This document shows positions 1 through 9,868 of a stretch of 64,000 bases of DNA, piece after piece. This stretch comes from a virus, in the IMG/VR virus record IMGVR_UViG_3300049846_001316, positions 14,170 through 78,169 of that record; one strand, written 5' to 3'. Every line of letters starts with the position of its first letter. Position 1 is the stretch's first letter. The position numbers and the translations under genes were made by a program. The notes under the pieces are model-generated. The model saw only the letters and a list, made by a program, of their open reading frames with translations. It did not search any database and was not told where the DNA came from.

Positions 1-37
1 TCTTCTTCCAGGTGATGTACGAGCCGAAGGGTGTCGC

Positions 38-1939
38 CTAGGCGACTTCGTATCGTGTGATCTTCTTGGCGTCGAGCGTTTCCTCGATCGCTCCAACTGC
101 GATCAACGCCTTCATGGCTCGCATCATCAACTCGGCGTTGAACCGCTTCGGCAGGTTCTTGCGGATGTCGGAGCCGCTGGGGCTCCGCCCGTAGGTGGCC
201 TTGAAGCTCGCGATCGTCTCCTTGATCGAGTCGCAGCAGTCCTCGAACGGTCCGAACCCGATGCTCTGGTCGGTCACTTGATACGTGTGGATCAGGTACG
301 GGATGAGCTTCGCCGCCCGGTTGATGAGGTCCGCTTCGACGAGAGTCTGCTTCCGCTCGTTGATGGCGAGGATCAGCACGATCTTCTTGAACAGCAGGTC
401 GAGGCGCTCCATCACCGCCGAGTCCTCGTGGTCGAGGTTCGGGAAGATGTCGTGGTACACCACATCGGTGAACCGGTCGAGCGCATCGTCGTGGAGCTTC
501 ACGAGGCGGGGAGAGCACCACCCTCGCAACTGCGAGAGCCGCTCTGCTGCCAGTGTCGTGTCGGGTTCTTCCTTGGCGAGTACCACACGAGGCTTCTCGA
601 TCGCCTTGGCGAAGATCCACCGGTTCACGAATCCGGAGTCCACGTCGGTCCGGGTGAGCAGTTCACGGATGGCCTTCGGCTGTGTGGAGCTGATGACCTG
701 ACCGAAGTGATGATCGGCGCGAGCGATGCCATGCGTCCGGCTCCGCAAGCTCAAGGTGCTGTCGGAGTCGAACATGTTCATGATCGTGGACTTGAGGGTG
801 TTGCCCTGCCGAGAGGCCCGGACACTGAAGTCGGTGAACTCCCCGAACTTGATGAGCCCCCGCACCCCCGCGTAGCCGACGATGACTCCGGGGCTCATGT
901 CGTCGTGGACCGGCTTGCAGAAGGCGTCGATGAGAGCTTCACCCGATGCGGGGATCTCGGTGAGCATCGTGCCAGTGCTGTCGGGATCATCATGGTCGTA
1001 GGGGAGTGCGCTCTCGAGCAGACTCATCAGCCGACCGATCGCACGGGACTTCCTCGAGCCCGAGGAGCCGAGCAGGCAGACCATGAGATTCGCACGCACG
1101 CGTGGCGAGTCCATGAGCATGACGTTGTTCCCGGCGGCGGTGGCGACGGCCATCATGCCGAGCCACCACATGTACTCGTTGGGCTCGTCGCTGTCGGCGG
1201 CGAGCGTCATCCACTCGTGGAGGAAGGTGCCCTCCGGAACGATCTCCCGCCACGGGATCGACACCTTCATCGGGTCGTAGCCCGGTGCCACGGTCATGCT
1301 CCGGCCGAACGGACCGGAGATCACGACCGCATCCTCCTCGGCGGGTTCCGAGTCGGAGTCCTTGCTGGCGGTTGCCGGCGAGCTCGCCGGCTCCTCGTCG
1401 AGCTCCTCCTCGACTTCCGGGTCGGCATCGTCGGGGGTCACTGCGATCTTGGAACCACCGAGTGTGGTCCGGATGACCACTCCCAGGTCGCGTGCCATCT
1501 GCTCGCGCAGCTTCGGGAACTGACTCGCTTCCTTGTAGCCCGGCACGGGCATCCCGAACTTGTAGGCGGCGATGTCGTACTTGTCTCCGCCCTCCTGGCA
1601 GGTTCCGCAGAACCAAGTGCCCTTGTCGAGGTTGAGCCACGCACTCGGGTGCGAATCGCGGTGGTCCGGCTTCGGACACGACACCATGATCGACTCGCGC
1701 TTACCCTTGGGGTCGGGCTCGCTCTTTCCGCACCAACGCCGGTACGCCTCGAGAATGTTTACCCGGTCGATGATCGGGGTAAGGGCATCCTCGCGGGCCT
1801 CCGGCTCCGGGACGACCGGGATCAAGTCGTCGTCCCAGGTGGACTCCGGTTCGGGCGCAGACTCCTGCTTGGGGGCGGACTTCGCCGCCTCCATGCGTGC
1901 GCGGAGTTCTGCGTCGAGGTCGCTCACCCGAGCGTCCAC
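38..1939 (-). CDS. Zn-finger (CHC2/DnaG-ZBD-like) + DUF3987/YfjI-like P-loop protein; putative primase-associated helicase
   Basis: SCPKPDHRDSHPS...WFCGTCQEGGD zinc ribbon, acidic linker, then CLLGSSGSRKS Walker A, SGEAL and SGFVNRW motifs. Confidence 0.7.
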   Translation of the reverse strand: MDARVSDLDAELRARMEAAKSAPKQESAPEPESTWDDDLIPVVPEPEAREDALTPIIDRVNILEAYRRWCGKSEPDPKGKRESIMVSCPKPDHRDSHPSAWLNLDKGTWFCGTCQEGGDKYDIAAYKFGMPVPGYKEASQFPKLREQMARDLGVVIRTTLGGSKIAVTPDDADPEVEEELDEEPASSPATASKDSDSEPAEEDAVVISGPFGRSMTVAPGYDPMKVSIPWREIVPEGTFLHEWMTLAADSDEPNEYMWWLGMMAVATAAGNNVMLMDSPRVRANLMVCLLGSSGSRKSRAIGRLMSLLESALPYDHDDPDSTGTMLTEIPASGEALIDAFCKPVHDDMSPGVIVGYAGVRGLIKFGEFTDFSVRASRQGNTLKSTIMNMFDSDSTLSLRSRTHGIARADHHFGQVISSTQPKAIRELLTRTDVDSGFVNRWIFAKAIEKPRVVLAKEEPDTTLAAERLSQLRGWCSPRLVKLHDDALDRFTDVVYHDIFPNLDHEDSAVMERLDLLFKKIVLILAINERKQTLVEADLINRAAKLIPYLIHTYQVTDQSIGFGPFEDCCDSIKETIASFKATYGRSPSGSDIRKNLPKRFNAELMMRAMKALIAVGAIEETLDAKKITRYEVA

Positions 1940-2658
1940 GGGAGGTCCGAACCGGCCATGGCCGTCTCGGGGTCCTGCTCCGTGAACGTCGTGGGGGGCG
2001 GACTCGTCTTGATGAAGAAGGTCCGCTCACCGCTCTTGCGGTTGATCCCCAGCGGCAACCGCATGAGGTTGCCGAGATCCTTGCCTTCGAGGGACGCCTG
2101 CTTCGGGAACGTCTCGACCTCGACGGTCGGGAACGTCCCGGAAGGGTCCCGAAAGAAGTTCGTACCGCGACTGGGCTCCCAGCCGAAATGCTCCATCGTC
2201 GCTTGCGCCATGAACATCGCCACGTCCGCGCCGATGCCCTCCCCCGGTAGTGCGTACACGTGCAGCCCCTTGTTGCCTGAGTAGTGGACAGCGACAGGGA
2301 GGCTCGTGAGCTTGTGCAGTCGGACGGCGAACCCGGTCGCGAGAAGTTGAAGATGCATAGTGAGGCGATCCGACAGCTCGTGGTCGGTGCGCCAAATGTC
2401 CCGTGGGACGATCAGGTCGCCGTCGACCTCAACCTCGTGGTTCACGAGATCCAGGTCGAGGGCGATCACCCTCGTCTTCCCTTCGGGGGAAACGAGATAA
2501 TGCCCGAGCGACACCTTCCCGGAAAGATGATCCCGGATGTCGCTCATTGTCCAAGGTGTCCGGTCGGGACGGTACGAGCCGTCCGCATTCTGGACCGCCT
2601 TGACGTCACGGCGCTCGATGAAAGTCTTTCCGAGCAGGGCCGCAAGCTCCGTGGGCAT
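1924..2658 (-). CDS. Archaeo-eukaryotic primase catalytic domain (TOTE-primase-like)
   Basis: ALDLD (DxD), SGNKGLHVY and GNLMRLPLG AEP motifs; overlaps the downstream Zn-finger gene. Confidence 0.75.
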   Translation of the reverse strand: MPTELAALLGKTFIERRDVKAVQNADGSYRPDRTPWTMSDIRDHLSGKVSLGHYLVSPEGKTRVIALDLDLVNHEVEVDGDLIVPRDIWRTDHELSDRLTMHLQLLATGFAVRLHKLTSLPVAVHYSGNKGLHVYALPGEGIGADVAMFMAQATMEHFGWEPSRGTNFFRDPSGTFPTVEVETFPKQASLEGKDLGNLMRLPLGINRKSGERTFFIKTSPPPTTFTEQDPETAMAGSDLPWTLG

Positions 2659-2759
2659 CCTGCCTCCGTTCTGCTATGGCGTGGCTGGCCGAAGGGGGGG
2701 TGTGCGAGGGGGTCGCCAACATACACGCGTGTGATTCGCCGGTCCACCCTTGTGCGGGC

Positions 2760-2788
2760 TTGTCATTCGGCGCGCCGCGGCGTATGCT
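2760..2788 (+). promoter_or_regulatory. Sigma70/SigA-like promoter
   Basis: TTGTCA-17 nt-TATGCT in the divergent intergenic region ahead of the virion operon. Confidence 0.6.
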
Positions 2789-2848
2789 TGGACCTTAGCT
2801 GGACGCCGGTCGAGCTTCACGCTGCGGACCGGGCTTGCTATGGCCGAT

Positions 2849-2892
2849 CGGGAGCCGGGTCACCTGCGGGTGGCCCGGCTTCCGTGGTTCTT
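2849..2892 (+). terminator. Strong stem-loop in the late-operon leader (terminator/attenuator-like)
   Basis: GGGAGCCGGGTCACC-tgcg-GGTGGCCCGGCTTCC followed by gtggttctt. Confidence 0.45.
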
Positions 2893-2910
2893 GAGACATA
2901 CTCGACTCTC

Positions 2911-4320
2911 ATGGAGACGCAGGTATGGGCTCGAAACCCACTCAAGTGCGTACGCGAAGCATTCGAGGTCGGCATCACGAACTTGGTGTGGGATGCCTCG
3001 TTCTTGCTCGCCAAGGACATCTACCCCGACTCGTACATCCTCGATCAGTGCGGCGCCGGCGCGGACTACCTCAACCTCGTGGTCGGGGAGGAGTGGGCTT
3101 CGCTCTACCTCCCGATGATGCACGACAAGCAGAAGCCGAGTGCGACCTGGCCGGTCTGGACTCCGGACTCGCCGGGCGGGATGGACTACCTCGAGGAGCT
3201 GCTGGCGCACCCGGTCGCGCAGGATGAGGAACTCTGCGCATCACTTCCGGCAACGCAGCGCCCCAAGAAGGATCAACCCAACCTCGTGGTGATCGACCAC
3301 TTGCCGGACCTAGGTACAACACTCGGCCGGCGAGTGGTCTACCTCCTAAACGAAGTGCAGAAGGGGCACCCTCACGCCGCGCTGCACATCCACGGCAGCT
3401 ACTCCTGGCGCACGCTGTTCGGGCTCACGTTCCCCTCGGTCGACTTTGAGTTCTTCGAGGGTGCTCGCAAGGGAACCGTCTTCCTGCCCAACGGTCGAAT
3501 GCTCAAGGGTCTGAGCAAAGATCAGAGCGCAGCCAAGCGACACCAGAAGTGGGTCGAGCTCTGTGGCCACGAGATCAGCAGTCTCGCGATCCCTCGAGAG
3601 CGGTGCCTCTACCAGATGCGCGCCGCGCAGTGGGCGGCGAAGCACTACAAGGAGAACGTGAACTTCCGGGTGTCCGGGAAGGAAGACCCTGATCCCGATG
3701 ACCCCAACTCGCCCCCCTCGGATGGCCACGATGAGACAGCCAGTCGGCTCTCACGTGACCGTGCAGGTATGGTCGAGGGCGACAAGTTCCTCTGCGATGT
3801 ATGCTCCGTGCAGTCGACCTGCAAGTACTTTCGCTCCGGGGGGGTGTGTTCGATTCCTGACACTGAGCCGGCACGCCTAGCGAACTTGTTCCAGACCCGT
3901 GACGCCGACACGATCGTCACCGCTCTCGGAACCCTGCTATCTACTCACAGCAACCGGCTCGAGCGCGCCCTCGAGGAGGAGACGGCGCTCGGCGGCAACG
4001 ATGGCCCCCTCGACCCCGAAGTCACCAAGCTCATCAACTCCGTGTTCGACCGCGGCGTGGAGCTGGCCAAGCTCCTGAACCCGGAGCTACGGGCTCCCCG
4101 TGGGCGCCCGGTGACGGTCGGCGTGCAGGTCAACAACGGCAGCGCCGCAGGGGCGGTGGCCGGAGCCACTCCGCAGGCCGCAGTCGCGGCGGTCTATGCC
4201 GAACTCGAGGGTCGTGGGATCTCCCGCGACCAGATCACACCGGAGATGGTGGCGGGCCTGCTCACCCAGCGCGCTTCCGCGGTCGACGTCGCGGCGCTCC
4301 CCGGCGTGGTGGTCGAGTGA
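2911..4320 (+). CDS. Putative small terminase-position protein: degenerate TGT/DpdA-like barrel + Cys cluster + helical C-terminus
   Basis: ATG 2911 inside track ORF 2284-4320; LHIHG...FPSVDF...ARKGTV segment; CDVC-x4-C-x8-C; stop overlaps the TerL start (GTGA). Confidence 0.5.
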   Translation: METQVWARNPLKCVREAFEVGITNLVWDASFLLAKDIYPDSYILDQCGAGADYLNLVVGEEWASLYLPMMHDKQKPSATWPVWTPDSPGGMDYLEELLAHPVAQDEELCASLPATQRPKKDQPNLVVIDHLPDLGTTLGRRVVYLLNEVQKGHPHAALHIHGSYSWRTLFGLTFPSVDFEFFEGARKGTVFLPNGRMLKGLSKDQSAAKRHQKWVELCGHEISSLAIPRERCLYQMRAAQWAAKHYKENVNFRVSGKEDPDPDDPNSPPSDGHDETASRLSRDRAGMVEGDKFLCDVCSVQSTCKYFRSGGVCSIPDTEPARLANLFQTRDADTIVTALGTLLSTHSNRLERALEEETALGGNDGPLDPEVTKLINSVFDRGVELAKLLNPELRAPRGRPVTVGVQVNNGSAAGAVAGATPQAAVAAVYAELEGRGISRDQITPEMVAGLLTQRASAVDVAALPGVVVE

Positions 4321-6131
4321 CCTCCGTCGACCCGGCCAAGATTGCTGCCGAGGCGAAGTGGCTCAGTGAGCATCCCGACTTCCTTGAGCGACCGGCGACC
4401 ATCGAGGAGTTCCTCGGTCCCGACTACCTCAACATCCGGGAGCGGATGCGTGAGCGCATCGTCGATGAGCTCGTCACGATCATCGGTGACGAGGTGGACG
4501 GCGAGCGCATCACCAAGTACCCGCTGGCGATGATCACGGGCGGCATCGGCATCGGCAAGACCACTGTCGCATCGGTCGTGCTCCCGTACCTCGTGCACTG
4601 GTGCTTGTGCCTCAAGGACCCGCAGGGCTTCTTCGGGTTGCTGCCCGGTACCCGCATCGCGTTCATGCAGATGTCGACCTCCGAGGGTCAGGCCCTTGAA
4701 GTCGTGTTCGGTGACATCAAGGCTCGCATGGAGCATTCGCCGTGGTTCAAGAACCACCCCACCGACCCGAAGTTCAAGAACCAGATCCGGTTCCCGGACA
4801 AGGACATCTGGATCATCCCCGGTGACTCGGCCGAGACGACGTTCGAGGGGTACAACATCCTCGGCGGAATCCTCGACGAGGCCGACTCACACAAGGTCAC
4901 CGAGAACAAGGACTACGCCGACCAGGGCTACGACACGATCTCGAACCGCATCAGTTCCCGGTTCCAAGACCGCGGCTTCCTGCTCGTCATCGGGCAGATG
5001 AAGAGCGCCACTGGATTCGCTTCCCGCAAGTTCCGGGAGTTCAGCGGCCGGGACGACGCGCACGCCGTCCGCCTCACGATTTGGGAGGCGATGGGCAAGG
5101 ACTTCTACCGGGACAAGGTGACCGGCGAATACGAGACGTTCCACTACGACACCAAGCGGAAGCAGATCGTCCCGTCCGGCGTGGCTGGCCTACTCAGCAG
5201 CGAGAGCATCCTCGAGATCCCCAAGGTCTACGAGAAGGAGTTCGTCAACAACCCGGAGAAGGCGCTCAAGGACCTTGCCGGCGTCCCGCCCGTCGTGGGC
5301 GATCCGTTCATCAGCCTCGTGTTCAAGATCGAAGAGGCGATCGAGCGATGGGAGAAGTCTCACGACGGACTGCCCAACCCCTGCAACGAGAAGGGCGTGT
5401 TCGAGCGGTGGTTCACCGCCCGAGACAGCGTGCCGCGGGTTGCGCACCTCGACATCGCGTACTCCGCCGAGGGCGACGCGCTCGGGCTCGCGATGGGTCA
5501 CGTCAAGGGCGTGGTGGACATCGACGGCGAGATGAAGCCGTACATCGTCATCGACTTCGTGATGAGGCTCAAGGCCCCCGCCGGCGGCGAGATCTTCCTG
5601 GCCGACGTTCGGCACAAGATCTACGCCCTCAAGAACGACATGAAGTTCAAGCTCAAGAAGGTCACCATGGACGGCTTCCAGTCCACCGACACGGAGCAGC
5701 AGCTCCGCAAGCGTCGGTACGACACGGAGTACGTCTCGGTCGACAAGGACCTTCTGCCCTACTACGACCTGAGAGAGGCGATCTACGAGGATCGCATCGA
5801 GATCCCTCCCCTGTGGGTTAGTCTCCGGCCAGGTGAATCGGAGAAGGTCAACATCCCGGCCAAGGAACTCTCCGAGCTCGTGGACAACGGAAAGAAGATC
5901 GACCACCCTGAGGGAGGGTCAAAAGACGTAGCAGACTGCCTCGCTGGCATCACGTTCACGCTCATGGGTGACCGGTCCTATCGCCGCAAGGTGACACGCC
6001 TGGATGCCTACCGTCAGCAAGAGCGCGTGGCAGCGGCAGTCGGTGGAATCCAACACCCAGCACTCCGTGGCCCCGGAACCATGTCTGCTCCCGTGCCGCC
6101 GAGTCTGATCGACTGGAGAAACCAGAGTTGA
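4317..6131 (+). CDS. terL: Terminase large subunit
   Basis: GGIGIGKTT Walker A, GGILDEAD Walker B, AHLDIA...KIDHP..GSKDVAD nuclease domain. Confidence 0.92.
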   Translation: MTSVDPAKIAAEAKWLSEHPDFLERPATIEEFLGPDYLNIRERMRERIVDELVTIIGDEVDGERITKYPLAMITGGIGIGKTTVASVVLPYLVHWCLCLKDPQGFFGLLPGTRIAFMQMSTSEGQALEVVFGDIKARMEHSPWFKNHPTDPKFKNQIRFPDKDIWIIPGDSAETTFEGYNILGGILDEADSHKVTENKDYADQGYDTISNRISSRFQDRGFLLVIGQMKSATGFASRKFREFSGRDDAHAVRLTIWEAMGKDFYRDKVTGEYETFHYDTKRKQIVPSGVAGLLSSESILEIPKVYEKEFVNNPEKALKDLAGVPPVVGDPFISLVFKIEEAIERWEKSHDGLPNPCNEKGVFERWFTARDSVPRVAHLDIAYSAEGDALGLAMGHVKGVVDIDGEMKPYIVIDFVMRLKAPAGGEIFLADVRHKIYALKNDMKFKLKKVTMDGFQSTDTEQQLRKRRYDTEYVSVDKDLLPYYDLREAIYEDRIEIPPLWVSLRPGESEKVNIPAKELSELVDNGKKIDHPEGGSKDVADCLAGITFTLMGDRSYRRKVTRLDAYRQQERVAAAVGGIQHPALRGPGTMSAPVPPSLIDWRNQS

Positions 6132-7945
6132 ACGACGGCCTCGTCATCGCGGACCGATACGGCAGGGAACAGAGCAACTTCAAGCGAGGGAAGCAGCCCA
6201 AGCTCGGACCGGCGCACGGCTACTGGTCGGGCGAGCGGGTCCAGAGTGACATCAAGGCCCCGTTCGGGGGACTCGGAGCGATGCTCCAGTTCAACCTCGA
6301 CAGCCTCACGCTCTCGGACTACCGGCAGATGCGTGACCACTATCAGGTCAACGCCTCCATGACTCTGCTTACCTTCATGCTGCACCAGATGGACTGGTCG
6401 CTGGAGTGTGACAACAAGAAGATCAAGGAGGAGATGGAGGAGATGATGCGGGGCTTCTGGACCCGCATGATCCGAGCCCTCTCGCAGGCGTTCTGGGCAG
6501 GCTTCTCCCCGATGGTGCTCGAGTTCGACAACCACGAGCGCCTCGACAACCGCGTCACGATCTCGAAGTTCAAGGACCTCGTGCCCGAGCGCACGCGGGT
6601 CAACTGGAAGGAAGTCAAGGGCGCGCGCCCGCCGGGGGCCACGGGCATCAAGAACAAGTTCTACGTCTACGACGGGATCAAGCAGGACGGCCGGTGGGAG
6701 GTTCCGGTCGAGTACACGTTCTGGTACCCGCTCCTGATGGAGAACGGGAACTACTACGGCAAGAAGCTCCTGCGCCCGGCGTTCCCGTCCTGGTTCTTCA
6801 GCCAGCTCATGCACCTGTTCTCCAACCGCTACTTCGAGCGGTTCGGTGAGCCGGTCCCGATCGGTCGTGCGCCGTTCGAGGACGAGATCGAACTGGGCGA
6901 TGGCACCACCATCGACGGCCGCACGGCGATGGAGAACATCCTGACCCAACTGCGGAACCGCTCCGTGGTGGTCCTTCCCGACAACGCCAGTGGACCGGTT
7001 GGTCCGAGCGGGCGACGGGACTTCGACTACCAGATCGAGTACCTCGAATCGCAGATGCGCGGTGCGGACTTCGACCGCTACATCGAGCGCCTCGACGAGG
7101 AGATCTCCCTCGCGCTCATGACCCCGGTGATGCTCATGCGCACCACGAGTGGCGGCGGGGGCTACAACCAAGGCGTCCAGCACCTCCAGACCTACCTGTG
7201 GCTGCTGAACGCGTTGCAGGGCGACATCAAGGAGTACGTCGACCGCTACGTGCTCCGGCGCCTCAAGGACATCAACTACGGCCCCAAGGCCGCACCGGTC
7301 ACCCTCAAGCCGCGTGCCATGGGCCGGGAGAACGTCGAGACGGTCCGGGCAATCGTGCAGGAGCTCGTGCGCGGCGGCGCGGTCAAGCCCGATGTCTTCG
7401 AACTCGGGCAGGCGGTCGGCCTCAAGCTCGAGGAGCTCGGAGAGTTGCAGATCGTCGACCCGGTGAAGCTCGCGGAGATCGACGCCAAGAACCAGCAGGC
7501 GATGGCGGAGCAGAAGGCCAAGGAGGCTGCCGCGGCTGCTGCCGCCAACCCCAACGGTCCGGCCGACTCGCGGGTCGGTGGTCCGCCTCGGGACAAGCCC
7601 AAGCGGTCCGGCCCCCGTGGAGTGAACCAGCCCCGGCAGACCACCCGGAACATCGCCGCCCGCATCGCCCCACAGGTGACCAAGGCGTTCTCCTCCGATC
7701 GTTCGTGGGAGGACTCGCACCTGAGCCTCGGGTACCAGAAGGCCATGGTCGACGCGTACGTGGCCGAAGGCGCCGACCCGGACCGGGCTCGGGAGCTGGT
7801 CACCGGCATGTACGAGTCCGTCAACAAGTGGTGGGACGACGTGCGGTCGGTGCCCCGCCAGGAGTTCGAGGGGCCGGAGCAACTGGTGGAGATGGTGACC
7901 AACGTCCTCGACGGCAACATCGACGCCCATGTCGAGCCCAGCTGA
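6128..7945 (+). CDS. Portal protein (Mu gp29/DUF935-like) with C-terminal extension
   Basis: Position after TerL; YYGKKLLR..W....FERFGEP and IEYLE...F..YI..LDEEIS motifs. Confidence 0.85.
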   Translation: MNDGLVIADRYGREQSNFKRGKQPKLGPAHGYWSGERVQSDIKAPFGGLGAMLQFNLDSLTLSDYRQMRDHYQVNASMTLLTFMLHQMDWSLECDNKKIKEEMEEMMRGFWTRMIRALSQAFWAGFSPMVLEFDNHERLDNRVTISKFKDLVPERTRVNWKEVKGARPPGATGIKNKFYVYDGIKQDGRWEVPVEYTFWYPLLMENGNYYGKKLLRPAFPSWFFSQLMHLFSNRYFERFGEPVPIGRAPFEDEIELGDGTTIDGRTAMENILTQLRNRSVVVLPDNASGPVGPSGRRDFDYQIEYLESQMRGADFDRYIERLDEEISLALMTPVMLMRTTSGGGGYNQGVQHLQTYLWLLNALQGDIKEYVDRYVLRRLKDINYGPKAAPVTLKPRAMGRENVETVRAIVQELVRGGAVKPDVFELGQAVGLKLEELGELQIVDPVKLAEIDAKNQQAMAEQKAKEAAAAAAANPNGPADSRVGGPPRDKPKRSGPRGVNQPRQTTRNIAARIAPQVTKAFSSDRSWEDSHLSLGYQKAMVDAYVAEGADPDRARELVTGMYESVNKWWDDVRSVPRQEFEGPEQLVEMVTNVLDGNIDAHVEPS

Positions 7946-8189
7946 GATCCGCTGCTTCTGTTCGAGCAAGCCCTTGCTCGCGAAGACCGGCCGCGACTCG
8001 CGCGGCCGGACGTTCCTGCACGTCAAGGTCTTCAAGCAGCGCCGGCTCTACACCGAGATCATGGCGCTGTCGGGGGTCGTTCGGATCTGCTGCCGGGAGT
8101 GCTTCCGGTGGCACGAAGTGGTGATTCGGGACCCCCTCGAACGACGAGAAGTGCCCCAACCACAGGAGTTGGAGCACTCCCAAGCCTGA
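7929..8189 (+). CDS. Small zinc-ribbon protein (Com-like)
   Basis: IRCFC..KPLLA and ICCREC motifs, 86 aa, between portal and protease. Confidence 0.55.
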   Translation: MSSPAEIRCFCSSKPLLAKTGRDSRGRTFLHVKVFKQRRLYTEIMALSGVVRICCRECFRWHEVVIRDPLERREVPQPQELEHSQA

Positions 8190-8195
8190 GGGTGC

Positions 8196-8225
8196 TTGCA
8201 TCGGACCGACTTGGGTGTCTAACTT
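8196..8225 (+). promoter_or_regulatory. Possible promoter for a leaderless protease mRNA
   Basis: TTGCAT-18 nt-TAACTT, 8 nt before ATG 8234, which has no SD. Confidence 0.35.
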
Positions 8226-8233
8226 GTCGCCCG

Positions 8234-9304
8234 ATGGGCAAGACGACTGCGCAGCCGCAGATCCGCTACTTCGGCAAGGCTCCCGATGAACTCGACATCG
8301 AGCGCCGTCCGGACGGCACTGCCCTCGTGCGGGGATTCCGCATCTTCAAGGTCGGCTCCTTCGCGGACTCCAAGGGTCGTCGTTCGACCTGGACCGCGGC
8401 GCACCTGGCCGAGATGGTGTACAACTTCCGCCAGCTTCGTTCCTCGGGCATCTTCCCGGACGTTCCCGTCCGCGTCGATCACTCCGAGAGTGCGGACAAG
8501 GTGGTCGGCTACTTCGCGGACATGCGTGCGGACGATCAGTTCCTCTACGCGGACCTCGAGATCACCGAGCCCGACGCCGCCGACAAGATCGAGCGCAAGA
8601 CCTACCGAGGCCGCTCCGCCGAGATCGGCCTCTACGAGTCAAACGACGAGGAACTGTTCTGGCCCGTCACTCGGGGAGTCGCATTCGTCGACTTGCCCGC
8701 GGTGGAGGGCCTATACTCCAAGAACCGGGGCGAGATCCCGGACGTGATCGACGAGGAGATCCAAGTGCACACCTTCACCATCAACGGCCAGAAGACCGAC
8801 GACCCGGCTGTGGTCGAGGCGTACATCGCCACGGTCGAGGCCAAGCTCGCCGCTGCGCCCACCGAGACGGCGACGTTCCGGGTGAACGGTGCCGACGAGA
8901 GCGACTTCGCGAAGGTGCAGACGCACATCGCGGCTCTCGAGGCGGCTCGTGACGAGGCCGGCAAGCTGGCCCGCGCCGACTTCGTGAAGCAGATGATCGA
9001 CACGAAGAAGATCCCCGCCTCCGCCAAGGACGCGACGGAGAAGCTCGTCGACTCGCTGTCGGACGAGCAGTTCGCGGCCTACCGCGAGGCGACCGAGGCG
9101 ATGCCGCAGCACAACCTCTTCGCCATCCACGGCGCCGACCACCGGGGCGACGACAACCCGGACGGCTCCAACGACACGATCGAGCAGATCGACGTCGACC
9201 GTGGAGTCGTCGCCAACCACCGTCGCGCCGGGCTGTCCGACGAGAAGGTCAAGGAGACGCCCGCCTACAAGCGCCTCGCCGCCGCGGGCGAAGCGCCGTT
9301 CTAG
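8234..9304 (+). CDS. Capsid maturation protease/scaffold (Mu gpI-like)
   Basis: IFKVG.F, VRVDH, YRGRSAE, GVAFVDLPAVEGL; helical scaffold C-terminus. Confidence 0.8.
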   Translation: MGKTTAQPQIRYFGKAPDELDIERRPDGTALVRGFRIFKVGSFADSKGRRSTWTAAHLAEMVYNFRQLRSSGIFPDVPVRVDHSESADKVVGYFADMRADDQFLYADLEITEPDAADKIERKTYRGRSAEIGLYESNDEELFWPVTRGVAFVDLPAVEGLYSKNRGEIPDVIDEEIQVHTFTINGQKTDDPAVVEAYIATVEAKLAAAPTETATFRVNGADESDFAKVQTHIAALEAARDEAGKLARADFVKQMIDTKKIPASAKDATEKLVDSLSDEQFAAYREATEAMPQHNLFAIHGADHRGDDNPDGSNDTIEQIDVDRGVVANHRRAGLSDEKVKETPAYKRLAAAGEAPF

Positions 9305-9351
9305 AAGCCCGAACGAGTCCCAACCGGACCTGATCCCCAGGAGCACAGAAG

Positions 9352-9825
9352 ATGCCCACCCAGTCCCTCGGTCCGAACTACCGGACCCCGTTCGGCAAGA
9401 ACGTCTACCTCCGCTCGACCGACCCGAAGCCGCGCACGGAGTCGTACACCTGCGCGAAGTCCACGGTCCCGACCGTCACCATCGACGGCCACACGGACCA
9501 GAAGGTGCTCCAGCCCGGCACCGTGATGGCGAAGATCACGTCGGGCACGGACTCCGGCAAGGTCGGTCCGTACGACGACGCTGCGACGGACGGTCGCCAG
9601 ACCGAGACGAACATCGTCGGCATCAACGACACGTTCCTCCCGTGGCAGCTCATGGAGCGGGACGTGGAGATCGCGGTCGTGTACGACGCGGCCGTCATCA
9701 CCGACCGCTGCTACGAGCTCGCGAGCGGGGCGTTCACCGCCCTCACCACGGCTGCGGCGAAGTCGGCGCTCAAGAGCAACCCCGGCCTCAACATCACCCT
9801 GCACACCGCCTCGACCGAGGTCTGA
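9352..9825 (+). CDS. Head decoration protein
   Basis: LQPGTVMAKIT.....GKVGPYD..ATDG motif; upstream of the MCP; AGGAG SD. Confidence 0.75.
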   Translation: MPTQSLGPNYRTPFGKNVYLRSTDPKPRTESYTCAKSTVPTVTIDGHTDQKVLQPGTVMAKITSGTDSGKVGPYDDAATDGRQTETNIVGINDTFLPWQLMERDVEIAVVYDAAVITDRCYELASGAFTALTTAAAKSALKSNPGLNITLHTASTEV

Positions 9826-9868
9826 GCGGTTCCGTAACGGCTAGACCCACGAGGAGAAAGAGACTCAG

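Noticed and set aside
2284-2910. N-terminal 209 aa of track ORF 2284-4320
   Set aside because: Overlaps the primase antisense and the promoter region; ATG 2911 is the more plausible start
4317-6131. Intein or intron in terminase (also checked the helicase)
   Set aside because: Lengths are normal and no intein splice or homing-endonuclease motifs were seen
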